Assembly (NCBI GenBank): GCA_021735655.1
Contig: JAIPGM010000001.1
Span: 161,728 to 225,727 of the forward strand
Reading direction: 5' to 3'
Length of the DNA: 64,000 nt
From: Candidatus Omnitrophota bacterium
GTDB lineage: Bacteria; Omnitrophota; Gorgyraeia; Duberdicusellales; 4484-171
Below the pieces are notes generated by a model. That model had not been told where the DNA came from. It worked only from the letters and a program-made list of their open reading frames with translations, and ran no database searches. Positions 13,201-25,200 of the stretch are shown here, piece by piece; position 1 is the stretch's first letter; each line of letters begins with the position of its first letter. The translations under genes and the position numbers were made by a program.

Positions 13201-16200
13201 TTATGAAGCAGAGTATTGGTCATTCTTTTTAGCTTTTAAAATTGTTGTTTTGAATATCTTTGCTCAATTTAAAGAAGCAGCCAGGATTGTATTCCGAAAT
13301 AAAATTTTAGTTATTGTTGCCGTGCATATTCCGCAAGCCGAGCAGCCAAAAGCCGGCCCAATTTTAAATATTTTAGAATACTTAAGCCAAAGATTCCCTT
13401 CGAAATATTATAGTGTCTTTGTTGGTTTTCCGGATTCAGGAAATCCCAATTTAAATTTAGATTTAGCTATTCCTCAAGGCTTAACCATTGGCTTAGGTGA
13501 AGGCGATGAATACAACATAGTTAATTCTCAAGGCCTTAAACTTAAATTTAGCTGGCAGTTTGAGGGGCCAGACGATTTAAGCCAAAGAACTTTAAAAATT
13601 GGACGCCACAAGTTATTAATGCCATTGTGCGCTGAAAGTTCTCTTCCGGTATTTTCCGGAGCTAAGAAAAAAATTCCCCATAAGGCTATCTTCATTCCCT
13701 TTATTGCTTTTCGTCCATGTATTGTTACCTGTATGAATGATTTAATATTTCTCAATCTTCCGATAATTGGATTAGATACCGCTAATGGCATATTTTTGTT
13801 TGTTCCCGGCTCAACCCAGATTGATATAGTCGGTACAAACAAGCTTCTGGCCGTAGCAATTAATCATTCCGGCAGGGTGATGGGCAGTTCATTTAAAGAT
13901 TTGGACCAAGTCGTTCCTTTAGATAATGGACGTCAAACCATTTCCCACTTCCGAAGTGGGGAAGGTCAGAGCCGGACCGGCCCGACATCCCGTAATTTCC
14001 CCCTGGATAACGGCGGCCGGAATAATGAAGCTATCGAAAACAATCGGTTTTCATTCGCTAATCGTCTAGGAAAAGTTTTAGTTGCTACTGTTATCGGTGG
14101 AATTTCTTTAGGGTTATTGTATTTATTCGGCGGCCTTGATTGGTATACAAATATAAAAAATAGTATTCCTTTAGGGGCAGTGATTTTCTGGCCGGGGGCT
14201 TTCCTGGATATGGTTACCGGTGTTTTGATCTGGTTAATTTCCGATATCGTCGGTCAATATCTTAATCAGGGTAGAAGCATTCGCTATCGGCAAAGTTTTA
14301 AAGTTGGTGCTTGGGGAGTATTTCAAGGGTTGGCTACTCACATTTTGTATAATTTAGTTGAACTGCTTCCGGTTGTGCCTTTACCTTTAGCGCAAGCAAT
14401 GTTTCGAACTATTTTTACTCTTTTTGGCGGACTGACTATTAACATTTTCTATACCGTGGTTGTAGCCCGGGCTCGTAAAGCATCTAAGGCTGAAGGTTAT
14501 AGCGGCCTAAAGGAGCGCCACAAGGCTTATGATGTTATTTTTAGTAAGTTTATCGTCGCCCCAATCAAAACTTATTTTATAGTTAATCTATTACCTCCGG
14601 CAACGCGGGTTATTAGCGAGCAGGCTTGGGAATACTTAATGAAAGTTTTTGATGCTTATTTGATGAACCGTAAAGATTCACTTTTTTCTAGTTATATTCT
14701 AAATTTATTATCTAGAAAAAAACCTTTAGATAACGGCCGCTCCGGGCAGTCGGATGATCAAATAACTTTGGTTTCTGATAATCTGGTTGACTCATTTAGA
14801 AATGTTAGACAAAGGCTGGTAGTAACTGTTAGGCGCGCACAGATGTCTAGATTGGATTTTAAGCCGGGGATAGTGTCACTTCAGAATATGAGCCCAAAGG
14901 TAGATTATTTCTGCCTTTCTTCAATATCTGAACGCCAAGAAGATATCCAAGCCTATAGGCAAGTTCCTTTAGTACAGGATGGTGCTAGTTTTGGAGAAAG
15001 TTACAGTGAAAAATATCTTATTGCTCAGGAACCGGATACCTTAGTTTTAGTTGAGGGTGATGAAGGGTTGATTGCCAGTTTTGATTATTCGCTTTGTGGT
15101 TGTCTAGTCATTCGGGCTAGAAATCTTTTTGGCATGGCCCACTTAAGTCCATTTATAGATTTTTCGGATGAAGAGATGGAAATTGAAAATGATCGGATTT
15201 ATTATAAATATTTATCAGTTTTAGATTATTTCAAATTACAGGGATATAAAGATGTTCAAATTTTTCTCAGTTTGAATGAGCTGCTTCAGGGATTTAAAAC
15301 TTTAAAAGCTAGGCTTTGGTCGGCTGGTGATAGCGATGCGACTAATCGTCAGAGAGTGGTAGATCTTCTTGGGATTGAGGCTAGGCAACGCGGCATAGCT
15401 GTTGTTGATCGCCGCCTTCGACAAAAGTCTGAGGTTCTAGATGTCCTGGGTTTTCCGAGAAAAATGATTAGCCGTCAATGGCTTAATCGCGGCACAAAAC
15501 CCGAAAGTTTTGAAATAATATTTATTGAGACTAGAGATGAGTTGCCAGTAGCCATAAACTCAGAGACTCAACAACCCGAGATTGAATACTTTCAATTCGC
15601 TTGGCCTGTTGTGATACCTCTCGATAATGGCCGCCGGAAACTACCAAATGATGACTGGATTTGGGTTAATGGAGAGAGTTTGCAATTTGTTGGCCGGGAC
15701 GGTTTATTGATAACAGGAATGGAGGGCCGGGGTAAAAGTTTTTTGGCCAGAAAAATATACGATAGCGATGATAGATGGAAAGTCGTATCCTGCGGAGCTA
15801 CTCATGTATGTATAAGGAATGAATTAGCAGAAAGAGCGCTTTTAGGCAGACGTTTATCCGAAAATAATCTTTTATATTCCCGGCTGTCAGGAACAATCCC
15901 GGTAGAACTATCGTTAGATGTAGTTGTTAGGTTGAACTGGGTTATGGCCTTAGACGATCTATACCGAGAAATTTTAGGGGGATTGTTGGCCGATGCCGGG
16001 CAAAGAGAGTCTTTGGGCCTCAAAATTATAGATATGAGCGATCTAGACGTAACTCGGCAATGGCCGAAAGTGTTGAAGTTCATCAATGCGTCTATTGTGA
16101 AACCAGAGACTTACGATAAAGGAAATAGTTTATTTCAAGTCCCTCTTGATAATGGTAGACGAGCTCAAGTTGAACAGGAACGGGAATTTTTGATCCAGAC

Positions 16201-19200
16201 AATCATAAATGTTTTTAGCCAAGGTGAAGGATTATGCCTGGAGCCGGCGCAGATAGAGGCAGCTATTGCTGTAGATACATCATTTGATGAATACAGGATA
16301 GCTAGAAACTTGCCGATAGTTATTGGCCTAAAGGGTAATATTTATGAAAATTGTCCTTTGGCTAGCAAGCCTCTTCTTCTTGTGTTTACCGGCAGAGGAA
16401 GCATAACTAAACCAGAGCTTATCTTCAATGCCTACACCCAGCAAGGTTTAGTCAGAGAAGCAAGCCGTTTAAGTCGTTCGATGGAAACTAAAAATGCAAT
16501 TTGGGAGATACCTTATCATGGCAAGAAGACGGCTTTCATATTGGAAGATAAAAATAACTGGATTGCTTTGGCGGCAGTTTATGGTCCTGAAGATATTTAC
16601 CAACAAGGACTATTGATCTGTAAGGGTGGAGATAGGATAACCAGGTTAGGTACAGAAATTTCTCAAGCCGCTGGTGAGGCAGATGAGGAAGCTATATTTT
16701 CTGATTATTCCCGGGCCTTAGTGGTTGCTCGTCTTTTAGGATTTTCTATCCTTGATGGTCCAGATATGATGCGCCGGGTTAACCGGCGGATGAGCGCTAT
16801 GATCGCGGCAGCAAAAGAGACTGTGGCCGATATCAATGAGTTTGCTAAGGCATACCCTGGTTATGAGGCTGTTGATACACATCACATACTTAAACCTACT
16901 ACCAGTAATCCGGTGGAAGAGGGAGGTTTCCCGCACACTGAATGGATGGTGACTAGTCGAGGGGTTGTTCAGGGGACGGTTACTGCTTTGCGTTGGCTTA
17001 GACAGGTTCTTGACGTTGGAGAGAATAGGTACCCTGAGGAAGTGGTAAGATTTGTTAAAAATTTGAATATATTTGGAAGTCCGATGAGCTATATTGTCCA
17101 AGGCTTTGGTGATGTTGGCAGCGGCATCACTAAGCTTTTTTTGACTATTTTTAAGATTTTTGGGTTTCAGGCCAGGGGTTTTAATAACCGTTACTTTGCA
17201 ATTTATCGCCGCGAAGGATTACCTAAACCATTTTTAGTTGAGGCGCGGGAGATCGTTGAAGTTTCTCCTGATGCTTTAGATCTAGGGAGATTACTGGCAA
17301 TGAAGAGTTTTGATGACCAATTACAGGGGGCGGTGGTTTGGATAGCTAATCCAATTAACCCGAAAACTAAAGAGCCAGTATTTGGTCCTGCTGATGTGGA
17401 CAGAGTAAATCAAGCTCTTGCTGAAAGAGGTGTTACTGCTATTTGGGGTGATCAGACAGTAGTAAATGAACTAATTTATCAAAAGGCAACCGTGCTTTTT
17501 CTGGCTGCAACCGCTAATGTTATTAGTGAACTTTCTCAGGTTGAAAGATTGCAGGTTAAGATTATTTCTGAGGGAGCTAATAATGCAGTTAAACCTGAGT
17601 TAAGAGAGCCTTTAAGAAAAGCTAATGTATTTTATATTCCTGGTGAGCTTCTTAACGGCGGGGGCATATATGCTTCTAAGGAAGATATTCGGCATAACCA
17701 TACCGATGGATCAGAATTAATAAGGCAACATCGGCAATACTATTATATACATGTAACTGATGAGATCGACACATTGGCTCTTCACCGAATGATTTCTTTC
17801 CTTGAGATTTGGGCTGAGTCAGCAGGAAATTTTTCTTTTGATTTAACCGTCCATGTAGAAAAAGTTGCCGGCCGGATTTTTGAAGCAGCTGATAATTTGG
17901 TAAGAACCAATAATACACGTTTGAGAAAATTTACCCAAATTGATCAAAAGAGAACCTTTGATCATCAAGCCGGCCGGCCGACTTTGCCTTGGCGTCATAG
18001 TCTTTATGAAATTGCCATTGAAATGGCACCAATGGGAATACTTTATCATTTGCGGGATGTCGGTAGACACTTATCTTTACTTAATAGATTTAAGGTTGCA
18101 ATAAAGGAAGATGGTCAGATAGATAATTATCATATATGTCGTCTGCGTTTTGCTTTATTTGAGTTGACCAAGCTAGGCTATTATTTAAAAAGTAACCAGC
18201 GCAGAAGGTTAATCGGCCTTCTTCCTGGAATAATTACCGATGAAAAGTGTGATGGCCTATTAAGGAAAGATGCCATGTTTTGTTTGGCAATGGCAATTAG
18301 GTGGCAGGAAGAAGAATCCTGTAAATCTGAGGTAGATCGGGCAAGAAAATTATATTTAGGCATATTACAAAATCCCCTTGAAAGTGCTCAGCTGCATACC
18401 TGGGCTCAGCATTGTCTCTATAGGATTTTCGGAGAAAATTACTTCCGGCGGATAAGCGCTGATTTTGATCGCTTAAACGGAGTTAACTTACCCAAGCCGC
18501 TTGATAACGGTCGGGATAGTTCGGTCGGGATTACCTCAGAACCGTTAAGAATTTTAGCCGAGCTAATTTCGAATAGTTATCGGACTAAGGCTTTAGTAGA
18601 ATTTTTGCAGCCTTTCTTAGATTGTGAATCTGTTAATTATTTACAAGAAGAGATAGCAAAGCATTGCCAGCTACCGGCCTGGGGTGTTGTTTCTTCTAGC
18701 CATTATCTTGATGAAGGGTATTTCTATTATGGTTTAAAATCCGGTATTGATCGCTGTCTCGAAAGAGGAGTTATGGTTGAGAATGACGGTAACAGATTAT
18801 ACGTTACTAAAGATTCAGAGGATACCGTAAAATATAGCGGCCTTGACGAAACTCAAGAAAACCAGTGGGGAATTTTTATTTTTCCAAGCGAGTATTTCAA
18901 TCAGGCTATCAATTGCGGTTATGCCGAGGCCGGCTTAAGGCTTTCACATAACCGCTTAGGCATAACTACTTATCCATACTTCAAAAGTTCTTTATCGCTT
19001 GCGCCGGCACGCTTTCTGATAATTGATAGATCTAAGGCAGATGAACATAGGCACCTGGAAGGCCAGCCGAAGCTAAAAGATAAACTTCAAGCCTTGACCG
19101 AAGCAGGATTGAAGGTTCTATGGTTGCCGGATTCTTCCGGCCCATTCTTTGACCCTGATTTCCAATATGCTTTCGGGGAGTTGTTGTTTAGTAATGATAT

Positions 19201-22200
19201 TCCGGAAACCAATCGCTTTCTTTTTTATCCGTCCGCAGATACTCAAGATCTTACAAAAATCATCTGGTGGGTTTTACAGTCGTTAAGAATGAGTAGTATA
19301 AAAAATCGGCTATTACATAATATGGAGTTAGCTCGGCAATTTAAAAAAATCGGCCCCTTTGATAATGGGCGAGCTGATTTTACAACAGCAGACGAACAGA
19401 TCGGTAATCTTTTTGCTGAGGCAGTTATTACAGGAGATAATGTTTTAATTGAGACTCATTGGGATGCTGTAGCGGCTAAGAGAGGCGGCAGTTTGAATAT
19501 TTTAGAACATGCTGGCTTAAGGATTACAAGAAGTTTAGCTTTAGGAATTGTACCGCGGGCTGGTGAATGGCCGGATAGGGTTGAAACCGATCAAATCATT
19601 CTGAGTTCATCTCGCTATGGTTGGATCGATTCTGAAAGAGATATTGAGCATTTGTTAAGCGGCTTTGATCAAGCCAGATTGCTTAATTCGTTTAATCTTG
19701 GCCATTATTATCAGGGTTGTCACTATCGAAGTTTCCTAAGCTGGCTAGCGGTTTTAAAGAGTAGTCATTTCCCGGCAGTTATTTTTCATTTCATAGGTGA
19801 GCTAATTAATTCTTGGGGTATTAAGCCAGCTGCTAAGAGTGATTTTCCAGTTTTGGCCAGTCGAAGGGATATCTTTTCTTTCGTTAGCGTGCCTTATGTT
19901 TCAGATATAGAAAAATTAGATTTGCCAGTTGCAGTGTTTTTTGATGGTAAGCTTAGTTCGCTTAGGCGTGGCGATAGCCGGAAACAGCCAACTTTAATAT
20001 TAGCTTATTGGCAAGCTTTGAATGGTTTTATTGGTTTTAAAGAACAGATAGCTAGGGAAACAGCAGAATTTCAGAATACCCCTTTAGATAATGGCCGCAA
20101 AGAGCATGACATCTCTGATAGTACGGTAATCCAATGGCCGCTTAATGTAATTGTTAAAGATATGCGCGGTTTATCCAAAGGCGAGATATTAGCTGTTGTT
20201 AAAACCGGTAAAATATTTTGGGGAAGGGAAATAGTAGGAGCTATTTTTTCTGACCGCAATATTGTTTTTGGTAAAGTGGTCGATGATAAGTTTATAGTAT
20301 TTGATGATTGGTTAATTGAAAGAATTCCTGGAGGATTGTTAGAGGGGTTGCGGAGAAGCATTTTATTTTTGCCTTATTTAGGAAGTATTTTAAGAAACAA
20401 GACATCGTCAATAAATAAACCCCTGGATAATGGCAAGAAATATAATTATCGGCAAGTCCTAGAGATGGTTGACTGTTTTGATAGTGCAAGGTTAGAGGCT
20501 CACTTATTTAGAGCTCTTGGCAGAGTTGAGACTGAAGCCGTATCTATAGCTGGTGATATTATTAGGGCGGCTAGAAAATTTGAACGGATAACTAAAGCAG
20601 TAAAATCTCTTTATAGGAAAACTTACGGCAAGCTACCTAATTTTACTCTTGCTTTCGATCCTTCCGGTCAAGGTATGTATGGGGCGTATCAGGAGGATGA
20701 TACAGCCGGATTTTTTGATCATATTGGCGTAGCTCCAGAAGATGTGCTGCTTGAGGTAGGCAGCGGCGATGGAAGCATTTCGGATTTCATGGCCCATATG
20801 TTTGGGATTAAGGCAACTGGGATTGAGGTTTGGGAGCCATATTATCATTACGCAGTTTTCTTAAGAGATGAAGCAGTAAGAAGAAGATTCATTCCAGAAG
20901 GTAAAGTAGATTTTTTAAATAATAATTTAGTAGATGTTGATTTTTCAAAGTATTCTTTAGTGTACTACGCTGCTCTTGGCACAAGAAGAAAAAGTGAGCT
21001 GGCTGCTAGATTGCTTGGGGTAAGAGAAAAATCCAGGATATTAATTCGGGGTTCACCTGATGAGTTAGTGGAAGGGATTATCGCATCACATCCTGATTTT
21101 AGCTTAAGGAAGCTTGAGATAGAAGTTAATGAAAACCTTACTGGAATTAAGGCAAGGGTTTATACTCGAGAGACAATTACCAGTTACCAGCCGGTTCTCG
21201 ACGTTCCTCTAGATAATGGCCGAAAAAATAACCCTCAGATGGTCAGAGCGCGCTTAGCCGCATTTGAAAAATCAATCGAGGGCATCGTGCCTAGGGCAGA
21301 TCCGCTTTATGACCATTTAATTCGTTTTTATCAATATCCTTTGAATAATTTGGGTGAACCTGACGAAGAGACCTATGTAAGGAATAATACCAAGGAGCAG
21401 GAGCGGGAGCTTCTTAGATTCTGGGCCGGCCATTTCGGCCTTCCTAAAAATTACGGCGGTCATGTGACTATCGGAATCGGTCAGGCTGAATATTATGCCA
21501 TGTACGTGGCTAGCAATCGATTTCCCAAGGCTATATTTTATATTTCTAATCAGGTCGATAGCCTTCTTTATGATACTTTACAGGTGTTGGGCATTGATCA
21601 AGGAAGAATAAAGTTAATTAGGTCTTTAGAGAATGGCGAGATCGACTATGGTGATTTAAAGAGAAAGATTAGGGAGAATTCATCATGGCCGGCGGTGGTC
21701 TGCTTGACTGCTGGCAGATTCCTGGGGGCGGTTGATGATTTAGGAAAAGTGGAAGGAATTTTAGGGAGCCTGGGCCTAAAGCATAAACATATTCATTGCA
21801 GCATGTCACCGTTAAGTATAGGCCAGTCGTTTTTGGAAGATGCGGCAAAGATAGATTTTCAACATGGCTTAGATAGCATGAGTCTACCGTTGTATCATTT
21901 TGTAAGGTGTCCGATGCCAGGAGTCATCGTTCTTACCAGAAGGAAATACCTTCAGAACATTGCTTGTAGTCAAAAAGCAGCTGAGTATGTTAACTCTAAC
22001 GACACCACTAATTCTGGATCACGTAGTGGTCATGCTCCGCTTTATCTTTGGTTTGCTACAAAAGTTATTGGGACTAAAGGATTTAAGGCTCAGGCTGAGC
22101 GGGCCAGGGAAGTTTGTGTTTCTATTAAAGCTCTATTTGACCGTTACGGTTATCCTTGCCGGTTCACCGCGCAAAAAAATACAATAATCTTTGAGCCACC

Positions 22201-25200
22201 ATTTTATGAGTTGCGTCAAAAATGGGGCTTATTATCACACGGGCAATGGTCCTGTTTTGAGATTGTACCTTATTTGACCCCGGTTGAGATAGCCGAATTT
22301 GTAAGTGATCTTTTAGGTGATCATTCTCAAGCGGTAGCCGCCCCGGTAGAAACCGTATTTCCGGAACGGATTGTCTATGAACCGTCTCCGGAAGTCTTAG
22401 ATGTTTTGGATCAATTAGAAGCAAGGATCCAAATTTTGATGGAAAGATTTTTAGGATTTCCGGCAAATATCGCCGGCAATGAGACATCTTTTGCTGCCTT
22501 GAGCAGCTTGTTTAAATACACCTTGAGAAAAAAGGATGTGGAAGGTTTTCGACACGAAGCCTTGAAATTTTTTACTGATCTTTACGGTTTAAGGTACGAA
22601 GATTTTTACTGCGGCATAACTGCTGGAGGAACCTGGGGAAATCGGGTTGGCCTATTAGTTGGCCGGGAAAATTTTCCCGGCGGGATACTTTATTACAGTC
22701 AGGATTCGCACTACTCGATTGATAAAGTGGCCAGGAGCCTTAACATGGAAGTAAGAAAGGTCGCCTCTTTGTCTAACGGCCAAATTGATTATGATGAATT
22801 AGCCGAAGCCATAGAGGAAAATCGTGGCCGCCCGGTAATTGTAAATCTTAACATCGGCACAACTATGAAAGGCGCTATCGATAATCCCCAAAGAGTTATT
22901 GAAATATTAAGAGAACAGGATGTTACTGATTACTATATCCATTGTGATGCCGCGCTTTTTGGTATGATTTTACCGTTTCTCGAGGCTGCGCCAAAAATTG
23001 ATCTGGCTAACGGCGTCCATAGTATTGCCATATCCGGACATAAATTTCTCGGCCTACCGATGCCTTCGGGCATATTCATGGTTCGGAAAAATTGTGCTAG
23101 GGATAGATTGATAACTATTTCGGATCGATTATTGACTGCCCAAACTGGCCATGTCATTTTGTATTTTTGGCAGGCTGTTGCTAGCCGAGGGTATGAGGGT
23201 TGCAGAGAAGAAGCTATGGCTTGTGTGGATAATGCCCAATATCTTTATTACAGATTACAGGAAAGGGGATTGCCTTCGGAGGTAAACCCTTTTTCCAATA
23301 TAACAATGTTTTCCCGGCCATCGGGTAGCCTAATTGACACTTGGCAGTTAGCGCCTTGCGGGGACCGCGTCCACGTAGTGGCCATGCAGCATGTTACCAG
23401 AGATAAGATTGATGCTTTTGTCCAAGAGTTAACTAGGGATATGCAGCAAGGGCAGATAGAACTAGCTAGTTCTATGCAGCCTCTTGATAATGGTAGACGG
23501 CGCAAAGCATCGCTAGTGCCAGAGGTAGGCCTTGATGAATTAGTTGAAAAACATTTAGGAAACTTGAAGTTGATATCTTCTGAGTATGGAAAAAGCGTAG
23601 GCATGTTATCTACTATTTTAAGACGACCAGACAATGAGAGCCTTCAACAAAGAGCAGAGGAGTTGAGGAAGATTGGTCCTGGCCGTCTGGCCTTAGCAGC
23701 TGACTTAGGCGAATTCGGAGTAGATAGTTTGAAAATTGGTCAGAAGTATGGCGTTGGCCGAAGAACAGCGGCTAGTTGGCTTGTTAATAATGGATTTGGC
23801 GATAGGGTTAATAGCGCTAGATATAGTCGAAGTAGAACATTAAGACGTCAAAAAATAGCTCAGGAATATGAGCCGATTGCTCGCTTATTAGATGGTGAAG
23901 GCAATCTTTTACAGACATTTTATACCCATATTTCTTGGAAAGAGGTATCTGCTTATCCTTTCGCTGTTTTAGATGAATTAGAAATCCAAGCTACCGAAGT
24001 TTTAAGTTATGGTGGTAAGCAATGGGGTCAGTTTAAGGGGCATGCTGGCCATAGAGCTCGGATAACATTGGAGTGGGGCTATCCAATAGAAGTTGCTATG
24101 TCTAGCAAAAGAGGAGTTGATCAAGGTAGCTATAGAGCCATGCAGCTTAGGACCTATCAGTCAACTCTTTTTGATAGAGAGGGGGAACTCTTAGATACTG
24201 CTTTTTTCGTTTTTGGTTACGATGAAGATTTATGTCGGGGAACAACAAAAGTTGTTAACTATCAATTAACCAAGGCTGGAAGAATTAGTATTTTTGGTGA
24301 TGAACAAATACAGCTAATAAAACATAAACAAGCCTGGGCTAATTTAGTTGCAGTGGATGGAAAGGTGGTCAGGGCTACCATTCTTGATAGAGAGGGCGGG
24401 AATGAGGTTATTACTTATAATTTTTCTCGAGTGTATGATGAAAACAACCGAGTAATTTACACTTTTACTGGAGGTTTAGAGTTTAAGCAAAGCAGTGTGC
24501 CGCCTGCGTTGTTGAAATCTTTAGCTAGAGGAAGAATTGAAGGTATTTACCTAAAAGGTGGTCGTGGCAACTTAACTATTGGCGGCAGAACTTGGGTTGT
24601 TTTAAGTGACTATAAAAATTATCCATGTAGGGCTTATATTGAAGAAGGGCTTGTGGTCAGAGTAGAGGTTTTAGGTGAAGAAGGAGAGGCTGTTTTTACC
24701 AAGCATTCTCACCGCCTTTATGATAGAGAAGATAACTTTGTCGAAGTATTTTATGATTCTATTTCACCAGAGCGACTTAACCAGGTTGGTTTGTGTCGTA
24801 GCAGTCCACTTATTGTGACTCCTTCAGGAGAGTTATGCTTATCTGGAAATCGTTATACTTTTGAAAATGAAGGCGGCTCTAAGGCTATTGTTTGGATTGA
24901 ACCCGGAGTTAAGTTCACCAGAAATAGAAAGCCGGATGGTAAAGCAGTTAGAATTGATTTTTATGATCAATATATGCATTATAAGCATACCCGTTATGCA
25001 GTCAGAATCTATGAAGATGAAGGAGTTTTAATTGATACTTTTTTTGGTCCAGGATATGCTGAGAAGCTAAAGATTTTTGGTGATGTAATTGGCTTTGCTC
25101 AACTCGATACGTTAGGTTCTCTTAATATTGGCTACACAACCCATACCTTTACTAAATATGGTGACCCTCGACATTTTGTTAGATTTAGTCTACACCAGGC

